Shown: positions 38,545 to 49,337 of the stretch, piece by piece
Numbering within the stretch: the first letter of the stretch is position 1
Layout: every line of letters begins with the position of its first letter
Assembly: GCF_000143415.4 (NCBI RefSeq)
Contig: NW_003314279.1
Coordinates: forward strand, 788,662 to 852,661
Reading direction: 5' to 3'
From: Selaginella moellendorffii
Lineage: Eukaryota; Plantae; Lycopodiophyta
DNA length: 64,000 nucleotides
Made by a program: the position numbers and the translations under genes
The notes under the pieces: generated by a model
What the model was told of the DNA's origin: nothing
Database searches by the model: none
Seen by the model: the letters and a program-made list of their open reading frames with translations, nothing else

Positions 38545-39931
38545 GGAGGGGGTGCTGTCAGGAATCCCCCAATTCTTGCCACATTCCTGACCTGCAGACC
38601 ACATTCCTGACTCTTGAGACACTTCCCTATTCCTGACTCTCGAGATACTTCCCTATTCCTGACTCTCGAGACACTTTCCGATTCCTGAGTCTCGAGCCAT
38701 ATTCCTGATGATGATGTGGCGCCTCCTCGACCTCAGCTATATTTAGGCCGTCCTCGATCCAAGAGTGGTGGAGCTTCATCAACCTATAGTATATATAGGT
38801 TAGCCTTGTTCCATTTCTCCACAATCTAAATCAACACCAGTCTAAGGCCTCTTCTTTGTTTCCACTAGCTTTTTCTCTTTGTCTTTTTGCATTTTCCAGT
38901 CTTGATCTTGTCAGGGGTCTTGACAGGCTTAACATTTGTACTTAGTCAGATGAACATAAGGTAAGAACTTTTATGTGTTTCTTGTTGAGCATACTCAACC
39001 TGGCTTTTAGTTCTCTTTTGCTCTATTTTGACTGGCTTGACAAGAACCTTTATGTATTAAGATTAGTCCCTTAATATCACCAGATGATAACTTACCGTGT
39101 CTACCAAATATGCTCGCTATCATGCCTTTTGTGTTAGTCCTATTTAGTTCAATTGGCTATTTGTAGAAAGTGTATAAATTTGCTAATTTGGCATATTTGT
39201 AGAATGTAGAGATTGTCCTGATAGTCTCGTGTCCAAATTTGTAATCTAGCACCATTCCATATTTAATAAGTTTCAATCTTATCCCAAAGATTAACTCCTG
39301 ATACTAAAGGTGTATAAGGGTGAAAGTATATGTTCCTCAAAAGGGGTTCCAAATATGTAATAGGGTAGGGATAGTGGGTAGATTGGGCATAACCAACTAA
39401 CCTAAGGTATAATTTAACTCCCACTTGTATATCTATCTTTGTTCTATGTCTGACTTGGGCCTAAACCTTCAATACCTATATGTTCACGTTAAGCCACTAG
39501 TATGCTGAAATAATGCCAAACTCTATATGGCTCCATTTTGCATGCTAGTCTTTTGTTGGATGCTTTATGATTGTTCCTATGTTACTTCGTGTTTCTATTC
39601 CTTCACTCTTTGGGCTAAATGCTCAAGAGTTACTCAGTGCTTTGGTTCTTTTACTCCTTAGTTGCAAGTTTGGGAGTTTGGCTTCATTCTTTCATTCAAT
39701 GGCCCAAGACCTTGAAAATTAGGTTTTGCTCCACTTTCCTTGGATAAGTGGCATATGGCATATGACATATGACACTTGGCATATAGAGGGTTTAAGTACC
39801 ACTTCATGATTATCCTATGGTAAATCACTATAAAATAAAGGGTGAAAACCATGTGTGTTACATTTGGTATCAAAGGATAATTCTTAACAAGATTTATCCA
39901 ATGAGATTAGGCAACTAGTCTCATTGCATAC

Positions 39932-42726
39932 TATTGGGAGATGAGGGCTATCTTCTAACATCTTTGCCTCTAGCTTTCAAAGCCTCCATCCTAAACTCAA
40001 GTTTTTTATAATTGCCTTAAATGCCCTCCTTGCCCTTGCTCACCAATGCAAGAATCATGCATAAAAGCTCACGCAGCAAAAAGGTGATAGATGTCTCCAT
40101 CAATTAATGGAGTGCACTATTAGGGACCTGGGAACTACCAAAGAAAGGTAGAGGACATTTGGGAAGAAGAGACATGAATGGGAGCTTACATGCCACCATT
40201 AGTGCTAGATTAGTGATTACCGAAGTAGTTGGATTGCCATCAATTTCCTCTTGAGCAATTGTTTTCTTCTTTTGTGCTCGTGTGACTACTATCTTTGCAA
40301 ACTCTTTTTCAATGATCCTGATTGCATTGACTTGTCCTATTGGAGCTTTCCCTTTGCTGGAAGATGACAAAAGTACATCCTCAATCACATTGCTTAATCA
40401 CACGTTGCTTGAGCTATTGCTGGTAGTGATCCTTGCCTTGTGTTATAGCGTTTTTATTGGCAAACAGTTGCTCTTAGACATGTTGAGAATGTGGTGGCCA
40501 TAGCTTTTTATGAAGCTTCCAACACCTCTTTGTGCTATGTGTCGTGGTGTCACAATAAGAGCAATACCAAGAGTGTGGAGCGCATTGTCGCCTCTCGGCC
40601 TACTGTAAGCAACAAGCATGGAACTCTCCACGCATTTTCTCTTGCATTTTCTGCTGCTGCTAGATGATCTCCTTGTACCCTACAAGCTTTGTCAAAGCCT
40701 TCTCAATCATCGTAGGGACTTTGTTATCAGCGACGGCGGGAGAGGGAGCTAAATGAGAGATAACCACATATAAAGCTTCTACTGAGGGAGGGAGGAAAGC
40801 CTCCTCAACCCTGGAGATACTGAGCTCCTAGAGAAGGTCACTCTCTAAAGTCTCCACAGTTGCAAAAGCCTTATGACACGTCCAAAATTGCCTCTTGAGC
40901 ATCTTGCATTAGAGGTTTCTGTTGAGTCTAGAGATGAATGCTGTGATATTATGAGGCTCGTTAGTGATCATCTGCTACTCCACACACTCCTAGTAGGCAG
41001 GAAAATGCATTACATACTTCAGAATTGACTCGCAAGCTCCTTGTTGAAAGGTGAACAAGTCCATAAGCAAATGATTCACTAACCATTGTTGATCAAAGTG
41101 TGACTTTTTGAATATAGTATAATCCACTATGCCATTTGATGCACAATATTCTTCAAAGTGAAGAATGTGTGTTTTGGCAGAGATGTCCCCATTACTTGAG
41201 AAGTAAAGCAAGTTTGTCCCACACTGGACAATATGGATTTAGGTAATAGATCACTATCTACTGAAGAGTCCAAATCCTCTTTAGCTGAAAGAGCCATCTG
41301 ATAATCTAGCTCATGATGGATATATGAATGATGACCCTTAACTTGAGAGATAGTGCTGACAGTAAGCAAATGTCAAATATGCATGAATATGGTGTGAACA
41401 AGTATAAAATCATGTAGTCACTACAAATGCCAAGCTGTGGCAAATGCTCCCAAAGAGTGAAAACTTTTTGGCTCCTAGAATGCTCTGAATATGATGCAAA
41501 GATCTCATAGCCAAAATAAATGGTTAGAGAATCTAAAGAGAACTCTAAAAATTGTCACTCATCAACATTCACAAGCTTACAAAGATAAAAATGTGAATAT
41601 CTTGAGCTCTAGAGCTCCAAAAATCATGAGCAAGAGTGTGTTAGAAATCCCTTGAGGCCATTTTCATAGCCACAAAAAAAAAGAGTCAAAACTGCCCAAA
41701 ATTAAGTGAAAACAGTTGAAACCACCCTTGTTCTTAAAATAAATGAGCAAGAGTGGGAAATCACTTCAAACTTTTTATACAACACACTCAAGAAAGATTG
41801 AAATGGTGATGAAACTGGAAAAAAACAATACCCTCAAAGTCATGGCTGTGTCATATTTGACAAAAATAGCACCAAAACTCATGATTTTTTACGAATTCCC
41901 TTGCAAGAAAGAACTCTTATGAAAGCTAGGAAGCAAAGGGAGAGACTCATAAAAGAAATTTCAATTAATGCTTAGGAAATCTCACTCTTAAAGCTTTAGA
42001 ACTCAACTATGAAAAGAGAAGAAGAGACCAAAAAAAAATGAAAACTCTCTCAACTTCTTACACTCCACTCATCAAGAAAGCACTTTTTAGAATCCTCATG
42101 ACTAGATTTAAATGCCCACACAAGCAATTCTCTAAATCCATGCCAAAATCTCAAACTTAAACCTCCAAAAGTAAGCTGTGAAAATAGGGGAAAATGTGAG
42201 AGAAAACTGCTTGTATGTGGCTTGATTCCCCACTAAATCATGCATTATTTAGCTCACTAGAAAGAGGAAAAGAAGACATTTTGACCCAAATGAGGTGCAA
42301 CTAACATAAATGCTTCTGTCACAAAAAATATCTCCGAAATCGAGCGAAATGAAGAAAAGTGGAGAAACAACGACAAGAACTCTAGGTTTATGAGTCTGTG
42401 CTTCAAATTTGTGCAAGGGGGAGTTTTTATTGGTCTCCCCCAAACATGAATCTAGCCACTAGAACTCTAAAATCTCTCAATCTATCAAGAAAATTTTCTC
42501 ATTCTCCAAAGAAAGTTAGATTAGTTCATTATATCGAGTTCACCACTTGTTAGGAGATAATGGTTATCTCCCAATGCCTCTGACTCTAGCTCTCAAAGCT
42601 TCCAACCCAAACTCAAGCTCTTTCCAATTGCCCTAAATGCCCTTCTTGCCCTTTATACAAAGAGAGAGGAATATTTTAGGAATTAAAATATTCTTAGTGC
42701 TCTAAGCTACACTCCGTGTCTTAACA
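39932..42726 (-). mobile_element. Family D gypsy-like deletion derivative (gag remnant only). LTR 42548-42726; truncated LTR 39932-~40037
   Basis: Direct repeat of the LTR start; PBS-like TGGTGAACTCGA (complement 42534-42545). Gag-like HILHFEEYC and TFQQG..ESI; zinc knuckle CSYCDTTTHSTKRC at ~40520-40565. Possible 4 bp TSD ATAC/ATAT. Confidence 0.75.
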
Positions 42727-44612
42727 ATATACAGAGATGAAAATGAGATACATGTTTAGGTGTTATGACTTTACATTCATTTTTTGGGTATGGATTTTGG
42801 TTACCTTTTCATACTAGATAATGTGAGCTTGCTCTTGGGCTCGTAGGGTGGATGTGAAATGTTCTGTTTGTATTTGGGCTCGTGAGTGAGGCATATTAGC
42901 AACTTAGGGTTACAATTTGAGTTAGCAAGATTAATATTAATTTATTGGTAGTTCCATGAATTACTCCATGTACCATATGTAAAAGTAAACTTCCCCTGGG
43001 TTTGCTTTGAGTGGTGAATAGGCTGGTTTGTAACTATTTAGCACGGCACTAGTAGATTGTTCTTAGACATGATTATAAGTGGATTATGGGGATTAGTCTA
43101 TTAGTTTAAGTAGTCATTGCCGTGCTCTCTCATAAACTTTTCTTGGATTGGATTGAAGGCAGTGTTAATGTAAGCTTGAGATGTAGTCAAAATTGAGTTC
43201 GAAAAGAGAGTCATCAAAGATGAAAAATCAAACACATAAATTATCATCTTTTTCTTAAAAGATGATTTGTAATGATATGCAACTTATTGTTCGTATTCAT
43301 ATTATGCAATCGAGAGTCCTTACTTTAATGTATATTAATTATGATGGTTTTATAAGTGGTGAATCATAGAATGGATAGCAATGAAGTGCTAAACCATTTT
43401 GTCTAGACTTGTTATTGAAGACTTGGTTACAATGTTTAATTCTTTTTTGAGGAACCTTGCTATTGCTCTTTGAGTAGCTTCTTGTTAGATTAGTTTTGAG
43501 TTTAGTCAGATAGAGAGTGGCATGAGTTTGTCTATGTTATGAATAAAAGTTAGTGGTGTTTAGTGTTATAAATCTCTATTGATAAGGTGTGGTATTTATA
43601 TTGCGTTTGTCAAATAGAGTTGGCATTTGATACTCACATAAACTTTTGAAATAATAATGTGGGTTTACTCACGGTGTTGCTTAATTGATGATCAAATCAT
43701 TGTGATTTGTATATCACATCTATGTGATAGTGAGTAATATATTTACAAAGTTGTTTAGTTAAACGATAATTAACCCTAAAGTGATTGATAATGAAGCTAG
43801 TCTAGTTGCATTGAAGTAACTTTGACTTGGTTCTCAATAATAATCCATTATACTAAACTAAAGTTGGTACCTTGGTTCTTAAGAGTTTGCCCATTGAAGT
43901 GTTGGAAAGGTTGTATCATTTACTTATTATGGCTTGTTGGTATATCCATTAGCACTTAGAGTAGATTGTTGAATGAAAGTGTGTAGCTAAGACATTAGTG
44001 GAAGTCGCATTGTTGTTTTGAGTCATGAGGAATCTTTCTTAAACCTTGAACTTTCATGTCATTTTTTTTATTAATGTTTTGGCTTTATACTAAATCTTGA
44101 AGATGACTAAAAAAAGGTGTTCAATGCTTAAATATACTATTGAACCAAGAGAATTTATGTTAAGGTGAACTTATGTGAAGTTATAGGTAAGAGGAAGTTT
44201 GTTGAGTCTTGAAAGTTTGTATTCCTAAACTAAGAGTCATTATTTATCTAGGATAGAAAAATTTTCACAAATTTTCTTAGATTTTTTCAATGGCTAATTT
44301 ATTGATCATTTTTGCTCGAAAACTATTCCGTCTCGTAAGCCAATACAAACTAGTGAAAAGGTTAAAACTTACTTCAGTTAGCTTATACCTTAGTAGGTAA
44401 TTTTTATGATGCAACCTGAAAAGGATGTTAACTTTTGAAGCTAAAGCAATTGAGTTGGATAACATAAATGGAGTTGATGTAGAAAAGTGATTGTTACACT
44501 TTTTTAGAAAGGTGAGCCTTATGCCTTTCTTCTGTAGCATTATCAAATTGCATTTTGCATTTCATTAGACTCTATGAAAGTAATGAGCTTTCACTGATCT
44601 TGATTTAGTCTT

Positions 44613-45230
44613 AAAAGCACATTATATTTAGGATAATTTATATATTCCATAGATTTGCCAAATGTGCAATTTTAGATATTTTCCATAAATAGCATTTAGG
44701 ACTAAAATGAGACTAACACAAAGAGTATGATAGCGAAGGTGTTTGGTAGACACGGTAAACTATCATCTGGTGAATATTGAAGGATCAATCTTAATATCGT
44801 AGGGATTCCCAACACTAGTAAGTGCAAGCCAATATTATGAGTTTCTCGTCACAATGTTAAATATGCTTGACTTAATGACAACTTAGTATTTCCTTCCTTA
44901 GTGCCCTTCTAGTCTAAGTGCACATGTGCTGACCAGTTTCTTAGCTAGCTTGGGTGGAGACCATAAAGAGGACCAGCAATACCAACCTCCTGCCGTCGTG
45001 GTAGTAAGGAAAGAACCATAAGGATTGGCTGATAAGTATCTTTGACACCCGAAGTCACATTCGCGACAATACTTTGAAGAGGTTAGCTTTGCATGATCAA
45101 CACTTAGCTAAAACTAAAATAAAAACCATAAGATGGATTTATATGGTACACAACCTCTTAATCCAAATTTGTAATTTAGAGATATTCCATATTTAGTAAG
45201 TTTCAAGCTTATCCTGGAGACTAACTCCTA
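44613..45230. mobile_element. Rearranged family B fragments: inverted block 44613-45157 (LTR 5' part plus an internal piece), then plus-strand LTR 45158-45230
   Basis: 44613-45068 is the reverse LTR ending TTCGCGACA; 45069-45157 matches B1 ~18550-18648; 45160-45230 matches 49797-49866. Confidence 0.75.
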
Positions 45231-47533
45231 AATGGGTTGAGGCCACCCCTCTATGATAAGCAGATCAACAGTCTACAGCAAAGTTTGTCTATGAGTACAT
45301 CATTTACCAATTCGGAGTTCCTGCTGTTTTGGTTTCGGATCGTGGCAGCGGCTTCCTTGGACAGGTGATGCAGCACCTTCTCTAGCAGCTGTAGGTCAAG
45401 CACATGAAGAGCAATAGCTATTATCCTGAGTGCAATGGCCAAGCAGAGTCTAGCAACAAGATATTGAAGGTAGTCATCTCAAAGCTTGTGGAGGATCACC
45501 CAAGGCGTTGGCACAAGCACTTGGTTACGGTGTTGTGGGCCTTTCGGATGTCTTTCAAAACATCCATCTCTACGACCCCATTCTGCCTTGTCTATGGGAT
45601 AGAGGCTGTGCTTCCAGTGGAGATCCAAGTGCCATCACTCTCACTTTCACTTTGATACGTAGTAGTGATGCAGCTTAGTGATGAGGACAAGCTTTATGCA
45701 CATGACTTGGAGGTTCTTGGCTTGGAAGAACAGCAACGATCCACATCGGAACATCTCCTTCGAGGCAAGTAGAAGATCAAGTTTGTCATTGATCACCAGT
45801 GGTCTGCCGAACCATTCAAGGATAGCGATCTGATTCTACTCAAGGAGTTCATGCCACCTTCGAAGTTCTCCCCTCGCTAGACTGGCCCCTACTTTGTCTA
45901 GCAACACATCAAGGGCGAAGCATATGTGCTAGTTGATGCTGAGGGATGTGAGCTCCCACACGCTCACAACCACTCTCACCTCAAATGTTTCATCTGGTGA
46001 GGCGTTCCTCTTCTCTTCTTTTTCTTTTTCTTCCTTTTTTTCACTTTACTTTCATGGCTACTTTTCTTACTTTTAGAGGGTGTTTCTCCATTGGACCATG
46101 GCCCATGCCTTGGATTTCACACTAAGGTTGCATTGCTGTTTGTATTGAGGTTCCTCGCTTGGCTTAGTCTATGTTCCAAGTTCTTTGGCCCTTCCCTTAC
46201 TATTACTACACCCCACACATTCCCCTCACTCATTCCATATCATCTACACTCATAGTTCCATCACCAATCACTTCCAACAATGTTGCCTGCACTTATCTCT
46301 AGATGCCCATCTTGCATCTTTCATTCTTTCACCATCATTCACATCTCCATTTGAGGTCACATTTACACCATACCACAGACACACATATGTGCACCAGCAG
46401 CAAATGACATCACCTCATTTGGACATGCCGTTTCCAAGATATCCTTACGACCATTTGCCAACAATGCACTAGCTTTTCTGGAGTGACTTTCTTCCAACCA
46501 AGTGAACCTGTTCACTCAAGGCACCTAGGTGGATCTTTAGGTGAGGCCACAGAAACCGAAGCCACTTTCTTCTGCTTTAGCACTCAGTGGAAACATCCCA
46601 CCTCCTTTTACTGACAACCTAGTGACTATGACATCCTTTTCAGCTGCTAACATCTTCAGTCTGACACATCAGATTGGCCACCTTCTCAGAGTGCCACCCC
46701 ATCTCAGTGCTCCACCATATCACTCCACCATATTGGTGCTGGAGCAGGTGGTTACTAATTACAGGTTATAGGTCCCTAGTTACTGGTTACTAGTTACTGG
46801 TTACCGGTTACTGGCTACTCCGAGTGGTCAGCACTTACTTTACAGGCCAACGGTTATCAATGGCCACCTTTTCAGAGTGCCACCACCATCTCGGCGCTCC
46901 ACCATATCACTCCATCTTTCATCATTTCCACACTTACCACCCTTGGGCAATGCATCCCCTCTTCTACCTCTCTTTCTTTCTCGATTTTGGCCAATCCTTG
47001 GAGCATACCAGAAGTCATCAAGAGATTGCATTTGCATATTACACTTTCCTGAGCCGAAATCTAGGTACGGGTTAAGTTCTTTGGGTGCTCACTCTTTTTC
47101 CTCTATTTTCCTCCTTTTTTCACACTTTTTCTACACTTTTCTTCAACTTTAGGGTCCAGTTTGACTACAGGGTTTCCCACCAGGTTTTCCTCCTTATCTC
47201 CAAACTTCACACCTACCTCTTTTCTTTCTTTTCCACTTTGTTTTCTAGAGTTTCTACTATTTCATATAGCTACCAGAACTTGGCATCAGTTTCAAAGGTA
47301 CACTCTACACTCTTCGGAGGGTTCTCGCACGTCTAGAGCCAGTGCGATCCAGCATGGTCGCATGTGGCCACCAAGAGAGAGAGGGAATATTCTGGTCCTT
47401 GAAATATTCCCCATCTTCCTTGTATAAAACCCTTGCCCCACAAGGGCAAGGGGGGGCATTTTGTGAAGAGTATTGAAGCATTTCTTGTGTTTGAGTGAGC
47501 GTTGGGGGAGGTGCCCCTCCTTCCCCCAACACA
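45231..47533 (+). mobile_element. Family E non-chromoviral (Tat/Athila-like) gypsy 3' fragment E1: decayed integrase 45231-46000, long 3' region, PPT, short LTR remnant 47462-47533
   Basis: KWVEA, VSDRG, YYPECNGQAESSNK, TPFCLVYG.EAVLP.E motifs; PPT AAGGGCAAGGGGGGG at 47442-47456. Confidence 0.8.
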
Positions 47534-49337
47534 TGCAAGGCAAATGAAAAACTCCACCTCTATGTCAACTTTCGAGATCTAAACAAGGCAACTGCAAAAG
47601 ATCACTTCCCAATGCCATTTATCGATGTAATTGTGGATAAAATGGCTAGACACTGTTATTACTCTTTCATGGATGGTTTTTCAAGGTAAAATCAGATCTT
47701 CATCCATCTTGATCATCGAGATTTTACAGCCTTCTGAACACCTTGAAGTGTCTTCACTTTCAACGTCCTACCATTTGGCTTATGCAACACTGAACCTATT
47801 TTTTAATGCTTTATGACCCACGCCTTTCATAAATTTATTGGAGAGGCCTTGAGGGTGTACATGGATGATTTATGCATGGCCTCTGACTCTTTTGACAGCC
47901 ACCTTTTACACTTGGAATAGGTTTTCACTCACTATTGACAATATACATTTTCTTTAAACTCAACAAAGTGTAAGTTTGGGGTGACTGAAGACTAGTTGCT
48001 AAGCTTTGATGTCTCATAGGATGGGATCAAGCCCCAAACCATGAGATTTTAGATCAGTCCCCGCCAACCAACTTGAAGCAACTTCGTGGCTTTCTTTGGC
48101 AAATGGGTTTCTTTGGCAATTTCCTCCACAACTATGGTGCATGTTCATGGCCTCTAATAGCTCTGCTACAACATAACATTCCATTTGTATGGGGTGAGAG
48201 CCAACAACAAGCCTTTGATTCACTAAAGCAGTCACTTCGTACAATAGCTACCAGAGTGAACACTTCCTTTCAAGATTATATCATAACTGGAGCAAAGACT
48301 TTTGGAGTATGCCTTTATTTATGTTCAGAGCCTTGCAAGCCACCACATGCAACATACTATGCCTCTTATTCATTCAAGGAGACTGAGAAGGACATGGATG
48401 CGGATAACAAGAAGTGGCTATTGTTTACACCTTGGAGCGATTTCATCACTTTCTCACTAGAGCTTATATCCATTTTTATGTCTATTTTAATATATTAACC
48501 TTTCTTTTATAGCAACCAGTTCATAATCCTTATACTTTATCTTGGACTATGACCATCCAAGAGTTCTAGCCAACTTTTCACAAGCAGCAAAAGTGTATGA
48601 TGGATTTGAGTGAGTTCCTGGTTGCTAAAGCTACCTCCTTTATGGTCCCAACAGCTTTACAAGACATTGCAATCTAACTAGATTCAAGCAAGTTCTCAGC
48701 AAATTCCTCATCGGCTCAATAAAAGGCTCCAAGCATAGGGATTTTGCTTTCTAGATAGACACCTTTATAAGAGGATATCACAAGATGTCTTGTTGTAGTG
48801 TGTGGGTGAATATAAGATCCTTGAGCTACTTTGTGCTTTCCACTTTTGTGTGGGGCATTTCTCAAGACAAATCACAGCACACCTCTTTTTATGCCATAGC
48901 TATGTTTAGCCTTAGATTCACCAAAACAACGTGGAGTATGCAAAGGCATATGAGCAGTGTTAGTGGTTCAACCCCCAGAGCCATGTTCTATGCTTTTCTT
49001 TCTAGCTCATCACTTCATCTGATCCCTTTTTTCCAGTGGGGACTTGACTTCGTTGGCCTGATCAGTCCATCGAGCTAAAAAAGACAACAATATGTCATCA
49101 TGGCAATAGATTACTTCACAAAATGGGTTGAGGCCATCCCTCTACAATAGGCAAATCAATAATCTACAACAAAGTTTGTCTATGAGTACATTATTTACCA
49201 ATTTAGAGTTCTTGTAGTCTTGATTTCCAATCGTGGCAAAAGATTCCTTGGACAAGTGATGTAGCATCTTCTCCAGTAGTTGTAGGTCATGCATGAAGAA
49301 TAATAACTACTATTCTAAGTGCAATGGTCAAACAAAG

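Larger units (their letters stand above)
33373..38925 (+). mobile_element. Family C Ty3/gypsy chromovirus (Tcn1/Tf1-like), full-length copy C1. 370 bp LTRs at 33373-33742 and 38556-38925
   Basis: TG...CA termini, TSD GGCTT, PPT GAGGAGGGGG before the 3' LTR. About 11 differences between LTRs by eye. LTR contains ~29 bp ATTCCTGACTCTCGAGA repeats. Confidence 0.97.
33228..44612 (+). mobile_element. Family B copy B3, old and AT-decayed. 5' LTR 33228-33372 plus 38926-39862 (split by C1); internal region split by D
   Basis: Starts TGTCGCAAATGTG, LTR ends GTTACA, PBS TGGTATCAAAGG at 39865. Internal region collinear with B4 50500-52620. Confidence 0.85.
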
